Below, in pieces: positions 38,001-53,000 of a DNA stretch of 64,000 nucleotides (its first letter is position 1; every line of letters starts with the position of its first letter). Both the position numbers and the translations under genes were made by a program. Under the pieces are notes generated by a model. It searched no databases, was not told the origin of the DNA, and was given only the letters and a program-made list of their open reading frames with translations. This stretch comes from Eledone cirrhosa (Eukaryota), in NCBI GenBank assembly GCA_964016885.1, contig OZ024741.1, positions 28,706,001 through 28,770,000 of the forward strand, in the 5' to 3' direction.

Positions 38001-41000
38001 TTATAACAGTGGAACACATTGTCTCAGAGTGTCTGGAGAAGATGTATCTCCTCTGTGTCTATTGTGTGGTGGTGCAGTTATAACAGTGGCATACATTGTC
38101 TCAGAGTGTCTGTAGAAGATGTATCTCCTCTGTGTCTATTGTGTGGTGGTGCAGTTATAACAGTGTCACACATTGTCTCAGAGTGTGTGGAGAAGATGTA
38201 TCTCTTCTATGTCTATTGTGTGGTGGTGCAGTTATAACAGTGGCACACATTGTCTCAGAGTGTCTGGGGAAGTTGTATCTCCTCTGTGTCTATTGTGTGG
38301 TGGTGAAGTTATAACAGTGGCACACATTGTCTCAGAGTGTCTGGAGAAGATGTATCTCCTCTGTGTCTATTGTGTAGTGATGCAGTTATAACAGTGGCAC
38401 ACATTGTCTCAGAGTGTCTGGAGAATATGTTTCTCCTCTGTGTCTATTGTGTGGTGGTGCAGTTATAACGGTGGCACACATTGTCTCAGTGTCTGGAGAA
38501 GATGTATCTCCCCTGTGTCTATTGTGTGGTGGTGCAGTTATAACAGTGGCACACATTGTCTCAGAGTGTCTGGAGAAGATGTATCTCCCCTGTGTCTATT
38601 GTGTAGTGGTGCAGTTATAACAGTGGCATACATTGTCTCAGAGTGTCTGGAGAAGATGTATCTCCTCTGTGTCTATTGTGTGGTGGTGCAGTTATAACAG
38701 TGGAACACATTGTCTCAGAGTGTCTGGAGAAGATGTATCTCCTCTGTGTCTATTGTGTGGTGGTGCAGTTATAACAATGGCACACATTGTCTCAGAGTGT
38801 CTGGAGAAGATGTATCTCCTCTGTGTCTATTGTGTGGTGGTGCAGTTATAACAGTGGCATACATTGTCTCAGAGTGTCTGGAGAAGATGTATCTCCTCTG
38901 TGTCTATTGTGTGGTGGTGCAGTTATAACAGTGGCATACATTGTCTCAGAGTGTCTGGAGAAGATGTATCTCCTCTGTGTCTATTGTGTGGTGGTGCAGT
39001 TATAACAGTGGTACACATTGTCTCAGAGTGTCTGGAGAAGATGTATCTCCTCTGTGTCTATTGTGTGGTGGTGCAGTTATAACAGTGGCGGACATTGTCT
39101 CAGAGTGTCTGAAAAAGATGTATCTCCCCTGTGTCTATTGTGTAGTGGTGCAGTTATAACAGTGGTACACATTGTCTCAGAGTGTCTGGAGAAGATGTAT
39201 CTCCTCTGTGTCTATTGTGTGGTGGTGCAGTTATAACAGTGGAACACATTGTCTCAGAGTGTCTGGAGAAGATGTATCTCCTCTGTGTCTATTGTGTGGT
39301 GGTGCAGTTATAACAGTGGCACACATTGTCTCAGAGTGTCTGAAAAAGATGTATCTCCTCTGTGTCTATTGTGTGGTGGTGCAGTTATAACAGTGGCACA
39401 CATTGTCTCAGAGTGTGTGGAGAAGTTGTGTCTCCTCTGTGTCTATTGTGTGGTGATGCAGTTATAACAGTGGCACACATTGTCTCAGAGTGTGTGGAGA
39501 AGATGTATCTCCCCTGTGTCTATTGTGTGGTGGTGCAGTTATAACAGTGGTACACATTGTCTCAGAGTGTCTGGAGAAGATGTATCTCCTCTGTGTCTAT
39601 TGTGTGGTGGTGCAGTTATAACAGTGGCGGACATTGTCTCAGAGTGTCTGAAAAAGATGTATCTCCCCTGTGTCTATTGTGTAGTGGTGCAGTTATAACA
39701 GTGGAACACATTGTCTCAGAGTGTCTGGAGAAGATGTATCTCCTCTGTGTCTATTGTGTGGTGGTGCAGTTATAACAGTGGAACACATTGTCTCAGAGTG
39801 TCTGGAGAAGATGTATCTCCTCTGTGTCTATTGTGTGGAGGTGCAGTTATAACAGTGGCATACATTGTCTCAGAGTGTCTGGAGTAGATGTATCTCCTCT
39901 GTGTCTATTGTGTGGTGGTGCAGTTATAACAGTGGCACACATTGTCTCAGAGTGTCTGGAGAAGATGTATCTCCTCTGTGTCTATTGTGTGGTGCTGCAG
40001 TTATAACAGTGGCACACATTGTCTCAGAGTGTCTGGAGAAGATGTATCTCCTCTGTGTCTATTGTGTGGTGGTGCAGTTATAACAGTGGCACACATTGTC
40101 TCAGAGTGTCTGGAGAAGATGTATCTCCTCTGTGTCTATTGTGTGGTGGTGCAGTTATAACAGTGGCGGACATTGTCTCAGAGTGTCTGGAGAAGATGTA
40201 TCTCCTCTGTGTATATTGTGTGGTGGTGCAGTTATAACAGTGGCACACATTGTCTCAGAGTGTCTGGAGAAGATGTATCTCCCCTGTGTCTATTGTGTAG
40301 TGGTGCAGTTATAACAGTGGCATACATTGTCTCAGAGTGTCTGGAGAAGATGTATCTCCTCTGTGTCTATTGTGTGGTGGTGCAGTTATAACAGTGGAAC
40401 ACATTGTCTCAGAGTGTCTGGAGAAGATGTATCTCCTCTGTGTCTATTGTGTGGTGGTGCAGTTATAACAATGGCACACATTGTCTCAGAGTGTCTGGAG
40501 AAGATGTATCTCCTCTGTGTCTATTGTGTGGTGGTGCAGTTATAACAGTGGCATACATTGTCTCAGAGTGTCTGGAGAAGATGTATCTCCTCTGTGTCTA
40601 TTGTGTGGTGGTGCAGTTATAACAGTGGCATACATTGTCTCAGAGTGTCTGGAGAAGATGTATCTCCTCTGTGTCTATTGTGTGGTGGTGCAGTTATAAC
40701 AGTGGTACACATTGTCTCAGAGTGTCTGGAGAAGATGTATCTCCTCTGTGTCTATTGTGTGGTGGTGCAGTTATAACAGTGGCGGACATTGTCTCAGAGT
40801 GTCTGAAAAAGATGTATCTCCCCTGTGTCTATTGTGTAGTGGTGCAGTTATAACAGTGGTACACATTGTCTCAGAGTGTCTGGAGAAGATGTATCTCCTC
40901 TGTGTCTATTGTGTGGTGGTGCAGTTATAACAGTGGAACACATTGTCTCAGAGTGTCTGGAGAAGATGTATCTCCTCTGTGTCTATTGTGTGGTGGTGCA

Positions 41001-44000
41001 GTTATAACAGTGGCACACATTGTCTCAGAGTGTCTGAAAAAGATGTATCTCCTCTGTGTCTATTGTGTGGTGGTGCAGTTATAACAGTGGCACACATTGT
41101 CTCAGAGTGTGTGGAGAAGTTGTGTCTCCTCTGTGTCTATTGTGTGGTGATGCAGTTATAACAGTGGCACACATTGTCTCAGAGTGTGTGGAGAAGATGT
41201 ATCTCCCCTGTGTCTATTGTGTGGTGGTGCAGTTATAACAGTGGTACACATTGTCTCAGAGTGTCTGGAGAAGATGTATCTCCTCTGTGTCTATTGTGTG
41301 GTGGTGCAGTTATAACAGTGGCGGACATTGTCTCAGAGTGTCTGAAAAAGATGTATCTCCCCTGTGTCTATTGTGTAGTGGTGCAGTTATAACAGTGGAA
41401 CACATTGTCTCAGAGTGTCTGGAGAAGATGTATCTCCTCTGTGTCTATTGTGTGGTGGTGCAGTTATAACAGTGGAACACATTGTCTCAGAGTGTCTGGA
41501 GAAGATGTATCTCCTCTGTGTCTATTGTGTGGAGGTGCAGTTATAACAGTGGCATACATTGTCTCAGAGTGTCTGGAGTAGATGTATCTCCTCTGTGTCT
41601 ATTGTGTGGTGGTGCAGTTATAACAGTGGCACACATTGTCTCAGAGTGTCTGGAGAAGATGTATCTCCTCTGTGTCTATTGTGTGGTGCTGCAGTTATAA
41701 CAGTGGCACACATTGTCTCAGAGTGTCTGGAGAAGATGTATCTCCTCTGTGTCTATTGTGTGGTGGTGCAGTTATAACAGTGGCACACATTGTCTCAGAG
41801 TGTCTGGAGAAGATGTATCTCCTCTGTGTCTATTGTGTGGTGGTGCAGTTATAACAGTGGCGGACATTGTCTCAGAGTGTCTGGAGAAGATGTATCTCCT
41901 CTGTGTATATTGTGTGGTGGTGCAGTTATAACAGTGGCACACATTGTCCCAGAGTGTCTGGAGAAGATGTATCTCCCCTGTGTCTATTGTGTGGTGATGC
42001 AGTTATAACAGTGGCACACATTGTCTCAGTGTCTGGAGACGATGTATCTCCTCTGTGTCTATTGTGTGGTGGTGCAGTTATAACAGTGGCACACATTGTC
42101 TCAGTGTCTGGAGACGATGTATCTCCTCTGTGTCTATTGTGTGGTGGTGCAGTTATAACAGTGGCACACATTGTCTCAGTGTCTGGAGAAGATGTATCTC
42201 CTCTGTGTCTATTGTGTAGTGGTGCAGTTATAACAGTGGCACACATTGTCTCAGAGTGTCTGGAGAAGATGTATCTCCTCTGTGTCTATTGTGTAGTGGT
42301 GCAGTTATAACAGTGGCACACATTGTCTCAGAGTGTCTGGAGAAGATGTATCTCCTCTGTGTCTATTGTGTAGTGGTGCAGTTATAACAGTGGCATACAT
42401 TGTCTGAGAGTGTCTGGAGAAGACGTTTCTCCTCTGTGTCTATTGTGTGGTGGTGCAGTTATAACAGTGGCACACATTGTCTCAGAGTGTCTGGAGAAGA
42501 TGTATCTCCTCTGTGTCTATTGTGTGGTGGTGCAGTTATAACAGTGGCACACATTGTCTCAGAGTGTCTGGAGAATATGTTTCTCCTCTGTGTCTATTGT
42601 GTGGTGGTGCAGATATAACAGTGGCACACATTGTCTCAGAGTGTCTGGAGAAGTTGTGTCTCCTCTGTGTCTATTGTGTGGTGGTGCAGTTATAACGGTG
42701 GCACACATTGTCTCAGTGTCTGGAGAAGATGTATCTCCTCTGTGTCTATTGTGTAGTGGTGCAGTTATAACAGTGGCATACATTGTCTCAGAGTGTCTGG
42801 AGAAGATGTATCTCCTCTGTGTCTATTGTGTGGTGGTGCAGTTATAACAGTGGCATACATTGTCTCAGAGTGTCTGGAGAAGATGTATCTCCTCTGTGTC
42901 TATTGTGTAGTGGTGCAGTTATAACAGTGGCATACATTGTCTCAGAGTGTCTGTAGGAGACGTTTCTCCTCTGTGTCTATTGTGTGGTGGTGCAGTTATA
43001 ACAGTGGCACACATTGTCTCAGAGTGTCTGGAGAAGATGTATCTCCTCTGTGTCTATTGTGTGGTGGTGCAGTTATAACAGTGGTACACATTGTCTCAGA
43101 GTGTGTGGAGAAGATGTATCTCCTCTGTCTCTATTGTGTGGTGGTGCAGTTATAACAGTGGCATACATTGTCTCAGAGTGTCTGGAGAAGATGTATCTCC
43201 CCCGTGTCTATTGTGTGGTGGTGCAGTTATAACAGTGGCACACATTGTCTCAGAGTGTCTGTGGAAGTTGTATCTCCTCTCTGTCTATTGTGTGGTGGTG
43301 AAGTTATAACAGTGGCACACATTGTCTCAGAGTGTCTGGAGAAGATGTATCTCCTCTGTGTCTATTGTGTGGTGGTGCAGTAATAACAGTGGCACACTAT
43401 GTCTCAGAGTGTCTGGAGAAGATGTATCTCCCCCGTGTCTATCGTGTGGTGGTGCAGTTATAACAGTGGCACACATTGTCTCAGAGTGTCTGGAGAAGAT
43501 GTATCTCCTCTGTGTCTATTGTGTGGTGGTGCAGTTATAACAGTGGCATACATTGTCTCAGAGTGTCTGGAGAAGATGTATCTCCTCTGTGTCTATTGTG
43601 TGGTGGTGCAGTTATAACAGTGTCACACGTTGTCTCAGAGTGTCTGGAGAAGATGTATCTCCTCTGTGTCTATTGTGTGGTGGTGCAGTTATAACAGTGG
43701 CACACATTGGCTCAGAGTGTCTGGAGAAGATGTATCTCCTCTGTGTCTATTGTGTGGTGGTGCAGTTATAACAGTGGCACACATTGTCTCAGAGTGTGTG
43801 GAGAAGATGTATCTCCTCTGTCTATTGTGTGGTGATGCAGTTATAACAGTGGCACACATTGTCTCAGAGTGTTTGGAGAAGATGTATCTCCTCTGTGTCT
43901 ATTGTGTGGTGGTGCAGTTATAACAGTGGTACACATTGTCTCAGAGTGTCTGGAGAAGATGTATCTCCTCTGTGTCTATTGTGTGGTGGTGCAGTTATAA

Positions 44001-47000
44001 CAGTGGCACACATTGTCTCAGAGTGTGTGGAGAAGATGTATCTCCTCTGTGTCTATTGTGTGGTGGTGCAGTTATAACAGTGGCACACATTGTCTCAGAG
44101 TGTCTGGAGAAGATGTATCTCCTCTGTGTCTATTGTGTGGTGATGCAGTTATAACAGTGGCACACATTGTCTCAGAGTGTGTGGAGAAGATGTATCTCCT
44201 CTGTGTCTATTGTGTGGTGGTGCAGTTATAACAGTGGTACCCTATGTCTCAGAGTGTCTGGAGAAGATGTATCTCCCCCGTGTCTATCGTGTGGTGGTGC
44301 AGTTATAACAGTGGAACACATTGTCTCAGAGTGTCTGGAGAAGATGTATCTCCTCTGTGTCTATTGTGTGGTGGTGCAGTTATAACAGTGGCGGACATTA
44401 TCTCAGAGTGTCTGAAAAAGATGTATCTCCCCTGTGTCTATTGTGTAGTGGTGCAGTTATAACAGTGGCACACATTGTCTCAGAGTGTCTGGAGAAGATG
44501 TATCTCCTCTGTGTCTATTGTGTGGTGGTGCAGTTATAACAGTGGCGGACATTGTCTCAGAGTGTCTGAAAAAGATGTATCTCCCCTGTGTCTATTGTGT
44601 AGTGGTGCAGTTATAACAGTGGTACACATTGTCTCAGAGTGTCTGGAGAAGATGTATCTCCTCTGTGTCTATTGTGTGGAGGTGCAGTTATAACAGTGGC
44701 ATACATTGTCTCAGAGTGTCTGGAGAAGATGTATCTCCTCTGTGTCTATTGTGTGGTGGTGCAGTTATAACAGTGGAACACATTGTCTCAGAGTGTCTGG
44801 AGAAGATGTATCTCCTCTGTGTCTATTGTGTGGAGGTGCAGTTATAACAGTGGCATACATTGTCTCAGAGTGTCTGGAGAAGATGTATCTCCTCTGTGTC
44901 TATTGTGTGGTGGTGCAGTTATAACAGTGGCACACATTGTCTCAGAATGTCTGGAGAAGATGTATCTCCTCTGTGTCTATTGTGTGGTGGTGCAGTTATA
45001 ACAGTGGCACACATTGTCTCAGAGTGTCTGGGGAAGTTGTATCTCTTCTGTGTCTATTGTGTGGTGGTGAAGTTATAACAGTGGCACACATTGTCTCAGA
45101 GTGTCTGGAGAAGATGTATCTCCCCTGTGTCTATTGTGTGGTGGTGCAGTTATAACAGTGGAACACATTGTCTCAGAGTGTCTGGAGAAGATGTATCTCC
45201 TCTGTGTCTATTGTGTGGTGGTGCAGTTATAACAGTGGCATACATTGTCTCAGAGTGTCTGTAGAAGATGTATCTCCTCTGTGTCTATTGTGTGGTGGTG
45301 CAGTTATAACAGTGTCACACATTGTCTCAGAGTGTGTGGAGAAGATGTATCTCTTCTATGTCTATTGTGTGGTGGTGCAGTTATAACAGTGGCACACATT
45401 GTCTCAGAGTGTCTGGGGAAGTTGTATCTCCTCTGTGTCTATTGTGTGGTGGTGAAGTTATAACAGTGGCACACATTGTCTCAGAGTGTCTGGAGAAGAT
45501 GTATCTCCCCCGTGTCTATTGTGTGGTGGTGCAGTTATAACAGTGGCACACATTGTCTCAGAGTGTCTGGAGAAGATGTATCTCCTCTGTGTCTATTGTG
45601 TAGTGATGCAGTTATAACAGTGGCACACATTGTCTCAGAGTGTCTGGAGAATATGTTTCTCCTCTGTGTCTATTGTGTGGTGGTGCAGTTATAACGGTGG
45701 CACACATTGTCTCAGTGTCTGGAGAAGATGTATCTCCCCTGTGTCTATTGTGTGGTGGTGCAGTTATAACAGTGGCACACATTGTCTCAGAGTGTCTGGA
45801 GAAGATGTATCTCCCCTGTGTCTATTGTGTAGTGGTGCAGTTATAACTGTGGCATACATTGTCTCAGAGTGTCTGGAGAAGATGTATCTCCTCTGTGTCT
45901 ATTGTGTGGTGGTGCAGTTATAACAGTGGAACACATTGTCTCAGAGTGTCTGGAGAAGATGTATCTCCTCTGTGTCTATTGTGTGGTGGTGCAGTTATAA
46001 CAATGGCACACATTGTCTCAGAGTGTCTGGAGAAGATGTATCTCCTCTGTGTCTATTGTGTGGTGGTGCAGTTATAACAGTGGCATACATTGTCTCAGAG
46101 TGTCTGGAGAAGATGTATCTCCTCTGTGTCTATTGTGTGGTGGTGCAGTTATAACAGTGGCATACATTGTCTCAGAGTGTCTGGAGAAGATGTATCTCCT
46201 CTGTGTCTATTGTGTGGTGGTGCAGTTATAACAGTGGTACACATTGTCTCAGAGTGTCTGGAGAAGATGTATCTCCTCTGTGTCTATTGTGTGGTGGTGC
46301 AGTTATAACAGTGGCGGACATTGTCTCAGAGTGTCTGAAAAAGATGTATCTCCCCTGTGTCTATTGTGTGGTGGTGCAGTTATAACAGTGGCACACATTG
46401 TCTCAGAGTGTGTGGAGAAGTTGTGTCTCCTCTGTGTCTATTGTGTGGTGATGCAGTTATAACAGTGGTACACATTGTCTCAGAGTGTCTGAAAAAGATG
46501 TATCTCCTCTGTGTCTATTGTGTGGTGGTGCAGTTATAACAGTGGCACACATTGTCTCAGAGTGTGTGGAGAAGTTGTGTCTCCTCTGTGTCTATTGTGT
46601 GGTGATGCAGTTATAACAGTGGCACACATTGTCACAGAGTGTGTGGAGAAGATGTATCTCCCCTGTGTCTATTGTGTGGTGGTGCAGTTATAACAGTGGC
46701 ACACATTGTCTCAGAGTGTCTGGAGAAGATGTATCTCCTCTGTGTCTATTGTGTGGTGGTGCAGTTATAACAGTGGCATACATTGTCTCAGAGTGTCTGA
46801 AAAAGATGTATCTCCCCTGTGTCTATTGTGTAGTGGTGCAGTTATAACAGTGGTACACATTGTCTCAGAGTGTCTGGAGAAGATGTATCTCCTCTGTGTC
46901 TATTGTGTGGTGGTGCAGTTATAACAGTGGCACACATTGGCTCAGAGTGTCTGGAGAAGATGTATCTCCTCTGTGTCTATTGTGTGGTGGTGCAGTTATA

Positions 47001-50000
47001 ACAGTGGCACACATTGTCTCAGAGTGTGTGGAGAAGATGTATCTCCTCTGTCTATTGTGTGGTGATGCAGTTATAACAGTGGCACACATTGTCTCAGAGT
47101 GTTTGGAGAAGATGTATCTCCTCTGTGTCTATTGTGTGGTGGTGCAGTTATAACAGTGGTACACATTGTCTCAGAGTGTCTGGAGAAGATGTATCTCCTC
47201 TGTGTCTATTGTGTGGTGGTGCAGTTATAACAGTGGCACACATTGTCTCAGAGTGTGTGGAGAAGATGTATCTCCTCTGTGTCTATTGTGTGGTGGTGCA
47301 GTTATAACAGTGGCACACATTGTCTCAGAGTGTCTGGAGAAGATGTATCTCCTCTGTGTCTATTGTGTGGTGATGCAGTTATAACAGTGGCACACATTGT
47401 CTCAGAGTGTGTGGAGAAGATGTATCTCCTCTGTGTCTATTGTGTGGTGGTGCAGTTATAACAGTGGTACCCTATGTCTCAGAGTGTCTGGAGAAGATGT
47501 ATCTCCCCCGTGTCTATCGTGTGGTGGTGCAGTTATAACAGTGGAACACATTGTCTCAGAGTGTCTGGAGAAGATGTATCTCCTCTGTGTCTATTGTGTG
47601 GTGGTGCAGTTATAACAGTGGCGGACATTATCTCAGAGTGTCTGAAAAAGATGTATCTCCCCTGTGTCTATTGTGTAGTGGTGCAGTTATAACAGTGGCA
47701 CACATTGTCTCAGAGTGTCTGGAGAAGATGTATCTCCTCTGTGTCTATTGTGTGGTGGTGCAGTTATAACAGTGGCGGACATTGTCTCAGAGTGTCTGAA
47801 AAAGATGTATCTCCCCTGTGTCTATTGTGTAGTGGTGCAGTTATAACAGTGGTACACATTGTCTCAGAGTGTCTGGAGAAGATGTATCTCCTCTGTGTCT
47901 ATTGTGTGGAGGTGCAGTTATAACAGTGGCATACATTGTCTCAGAGTGTCTGGAGAAGATGTATCTCCTCTGTGTCTATTGTGTGGTGGTGCAGTTATAA
48001 CAGTGGCGGACATTGTCTCAGAGTGTCTGAAAAAGATGTATCTCCCCTGTGTCTATTGTGTAGTGGTGCAGTTATAACAGTGGTACACATTGTCTCAGAG
48101 TGTCTGGAGAAGATGTATCTCCTCTGTGTCTATTGTGTGGAGGTGCAGTTATAACAGTGGCATACATTGTCTCAGAGTGTCTGGAGAAGATGTATCTCCT
48201 CTGTGTCTATTGTGTGGTGGTGCAGTTATAACAGTGGCGGACATTATCTCAGAGTGTCTGAAAAAGATGTATCTCCCCTGTGTCTATTGTGTAGTGGTGC
48301 AGTTATAACAGTGGCACACATTGTCTCAGAGTGTCTGGAGAAGATGTATCTCCTCTGTGTCTATTGTGTGGTGGTGCAGTTATAACAGTGGCGGACATTG
48401 TCTCAGAGTGTCTGAAAAAGATGTATCTCCCCTGTGTCTATTGTGTAGTGGTGCAGTTATAACAGTGGTACACATTGTCTCAGAGTGTCTGGAGAAGATG
48501 TATCTCCTCTGTGTCTATTGTGTGGAGGTGCAGTTATAACAGTGGCATACATTGTCTCAGAGTGTCTGGAGAAGATGTATCTCCTCTGTGTCTATTGTGT
48601 GGTGGTGCAGTTATAACAGTGGAACACATTGTCTCAGAGTGTCTGGAGAAGATGTATCTCCTCTGTGTCTATTGTGTGGAGGTGCAGTTATAACAGTGGC
48701 ATACATTGTCTCAGAGTGTCTGGAGAAGATGTATCTCCTCTGTGTCTATTGTGTGGTGGTGCAGTTATAACAGTGGCACACATTGTCTCAGAATGTCTGG
48801 AGAAGATGTATCTCCTCTGTGTCTATTGTGTGGTGGTGCAGTTATAACAGTGGCACACATTGTCTCAGAGTGTCTGGGGAAGTTGTATCTCTTCTGTGTC
48901 TATTGTGTGGTGGTGAAGTTATAACAGTGGCACACATTGTCTCAGAGTGTCTGGAGAAGATGTATCTCCCCTGTGTCTATTGTGTGGTGGTGCAGTTATA
49001 ACAGTGGAACACATTGTCTCAGAGTGTCTGGAGAAGATGTATCTCCTCTGTGTCTATTGTGTGGTGGTGCAGTTATAACAGTGGCATACATTGTCTCAGA
49101 GTGTCTGTAGAAGATGTATCTCCTCTGTGTCTATTGTGTGGTGGTGCAGTTATAACAGTGTCACACATTGTCTCAGAGTGTGTGGAGAAGATGTATCTCT
49201 TCTATGTCTATTGTGTGGTGGTGCAGTTATAACAGTGGCACACATTGTCTCAGAGTGTCTGGGGAAGTTGTATCTCCTCTGTGTCTATTGTGTGGTGGTG
49301 AAGTTATAACAGTGGCACACATTGTCTCAGAGTGTCTGGAGAAGATGTATCTCCCCCGTGTCTATTGTGTGGTGGTGCAGTTATAACAGTGGCACACATT
49401 GTCTCAGAGTGTCTGGAGAAGATGTATCTCCTCTGTGTCTATTGTGTAGTGATGCAGTTATAACAGTGGCACACATTGTCTCAGAGTGTCTGGAGAATAT
49501 GTTTCTCCTCTGTGTCTATTGTGTGGTGGTGCAGTTATAACGGTGGCACACATTGTCTCAGTGTCTGGAGAAGATGTATCTCCCCTGTGTCTATTGTGTG
49601 GTGGTGCAGTTATAACAGTGGCACACATTGTCTCAGAGTGTCTGGAGAAGATGTATCTCCCCTGTGTCTATTGTGTAGTGGTGCAGTTATAACTGTGGCA
49701 TACATTGTCTCAGAGTGTCTGGAGAAGATGTATCTCCTCTGTGTCTATTGTGTGGTGGTGCAGTTATAACAGTGGAACACATTGTCTCAGAGTGTCTGGA
49801 GAAGATGTATCTCCTCTGTGTCTATTGTGTGGTGGTGCAGTTATAACAATGGCACACATTGTCTCAGAGTGTCTGGAGAAGATGTATCTCCTCTGTGTCT
49901 ATTGTGTGGTGGTGCAGTTATAACAGTGGCATACATTGTCTCAGAGTGTCTGGAGAAGATGTATCTCCTCTGTGTCTATTGTGTGGTGGTGCAGTTATAA

Positions 50001-53000
50001 CAGTGGCATACATTGTCTCAGAGTGTCTGGAGAAGATGTATCTCCTCTGTGTCTATTGTGTGGTGGTGCAGTTATAACAGTGGTACACATTGTCTCAGAG
50101 TGTCTGGAGAAGATGTATCTCCTCTGTGTCTATTGTGTGGTGGTGCAGTTATAACAGTGGCGGACATTGTCTCAGAGTGTCTGAAAAAGATGTATCTCCC
50201 CTGTGTCTATTGTGTGGTGGTGCAGTTATAACAGTGGCACACATTGTCTCAGAGTGTGTGGAGAAGTTGTGTCTCCTCTGTGTCTATTGTGTGGTGATGC
50301 AGTTATAACAGTGGTACACATTGTCTCAGAGTGTCTGAAAAAGATGTATCTCCTCTGTGTCTATTGTGTGGTGGTGCAGTTATAACAGTGGCACACATTG
50401 TCTCAGAGTGTGTGGAGAAGTTGTGTCTCCTCTGTGTCTATTGTGTGGTGATGCAGTTATAACAGTGGCACACATTGTCACAGAGTGTGTGGAGAAGATG
50501 TATCTCCCCTGTGTCTATTGTGTGGTGGTGCAGTTATAACAGTGGCACACATTGTCTCAGAGTGTCTGGAGAAGATGTATCTCCTCTGTGTCTATTGTGT
50601 GGTGGTGCAGTTATAACAGTGGCATACATTGTCTCAGAGTGTCTGAAAAAGATGTATCTCCCCTGTGTCTATTGTGTAGTGGTGCAGTTATAACAGTGGT
50701 ACACATTGTCTCAGAGTGTCTGGAGAAGATGTATCTCCTCTGTGTCTATTGTGTGGTGGTGCAGTTATAACAGTGGCACACATTGGCTCAGAGTGTCTGG
50801 AGAAGATGTATCTCCTCTGTGTCTATTGTGTGGTGGTGCAGTTATAACAGTGGCACACATTGTCTCAGAGTGTGTGGAGAAGATGTATCTCCTCTGTCTA
50901 TTGTGTGGTGATGCAGTTATAACAGTGGCACACATTGTCTCAGAGTGTTTGGAGAAGATGTATCTCCTCTGTGTCTATTGTGTGGTGGTGCAGTTATAAC
51001 AGTGGTACACATTGTCTCAGAGTGTCTGGAGAAGATGTATCTCCTCTGTGTCTATTGTGTGGTGGTGCAGTTATAACAGTGGCACACATTGTCTCAGAGT
51101 GTGTGGAGAAGATGTATCTCCTCTGTGTCTATTGTGTGGTGGTGCAGTTATAACAGTGGCACACATTGTCTCAGAGTGTCTGGAGAAGATGTATCTCCTC
51201 TGTGTCTATTGTGTGGTGATGCAGTTATAACAGTGGCACACATTGTCTCAGAGTGTGTGGAGAAGATGTATCTCCTCTGTGTCTATTGTGTGGTGGTGCA
51301 GTTATAACAGTGGTACCCTATGTCTCAGAGTGTCTGGAGAAGATGTATCTCCCCCGTGTCTATCGTGTGGTGGTGCAGTTATAACAGTGGAACACATTGT
51401 CTCAGAGTGTCTGGAGAAGATGTATCTCCTCTGTGTCTATTGTGTGGTGGTGCAGTTATAACAGTGGCGGACATTATCTCAGAGTGTCTGAAAAAGATGT
51501 ATCTCCCCTGTGTCTATTGTGTAGTGGTGCAGTTATAACAGTGGCACACATTGTCTCAGAGTGTCTGGAGAAGATGTATCTCCTCTGTGTCTATTGTGTG
51601 GTGGTGCAGTTATAACAGTGGCGGACATTGTCTCAGAGTGTCTGAAAAAGATGTATCTCCCCTGTGTCTATTGTGTAGTGGTGCAGTTATAACAGTGGTA
51701 CACATTGTCTCAGAGTGTCTGGAGAAGATGTATCTCCTCTGTGTCTATTGTGTGGAGGTGCAGTTATAACAGTGGCATACATTGTCTCAGAGTGTCTGGA
51801 GAAGATGTATCTCCTCTGTGTCTATTGTGTGGTGGTGCAGTTATAACAGTGGAACACATTGTCTCAGAGTGTCTGGAGAAGATGTATCTCCTCTGTGTCT
51901 ATTGTGTGGAGGTGCAGTTATAACAGTGGCATACATTGTCTCAGAGTGTCTGGAGAAGATGTATCTCCTCTGTGTCTATTGTGTGGTGGTGCAGTTATAA
52001 CAGTGGCACACATTGTCTCAGAATGTCTGGAGAAGATGTATCTCCTCTGTGTCTATTGTGTGGTGGTGCAGTTATAACAGTGGCACACATTGTCTCAGAG
52101 TGTCTGGGGAAGTTGTATCTCTTCTGTGTCTATTGTGTGGTGGTGAAGTTATAACAGTGGCACACATTGTCTCAGAGTGTCTGGAGAAGATGTATCTCCC
52201 CTGTGTCTATTGTGTGGTGGTGCAGTTATAACAGTGGAACACATTGTCTCAGAGTGTCTGGAGAAGATGTATCTCCTCTGTGTCTATTGTGTGGTGGTGC
52301 AGTTATAACAGTGGCATACATTGTCTCAGAGTGTCTGTAGAAGATGTATCTCCTCTGTGTCTATTGTGTGGTGGTGCAGTTATAACAGTGTCACACATTG
52401 TCTCAGAGTGTGTGGAGAAGATGTATCTCTTCTATGTCTATTGTGTGGTGGTGCAGTTATAACAGTGGCACACATTGTCTCAGAGTGTCTGGGGAAGTTG
52501 TATCTCCTCTGTGTCTATTGTGTGGTGGTGAAGTTATAACAGTGGCACACATTGTCTCAGAGTGTCTGGAGAAGATGTATCTCCCCCGTGTCTATTGTGT
52601 GGTGGTGCAGTTATAACAGTGGCACACATTGTCTCAGAGTGTCTGGAGAAGATGTATCTCCTCTGTGTCTATTGTGTAGTGATGCAGTTATAACAGTGGC
52701 ACACATTGTCTCAGAGTGTCTGGAGAATATGTTTCTCCTCTGTGTCTATTGTGTGGTGGTGCAGTTATAACGGTGGCACACATTGTCTCAGTGTCTGGAG
52801 AAGATGTATCTCCCCTGTGTCTATTGTGTGGTGGTGCAGTTATAACAGTGGCACACATTGTCTCAGAGTGTCTGGAGAAGATGTATCTCCCCTGTGTCTA
52901 TTGTGTAGTGGTGCAGTTATAACTGTGGCATACATTGTCTCAGAGTGTCTGGAGAAGATGTATCTCCTCTGTGTCTATTGTGTGGTGGTGCAGTTATAAC

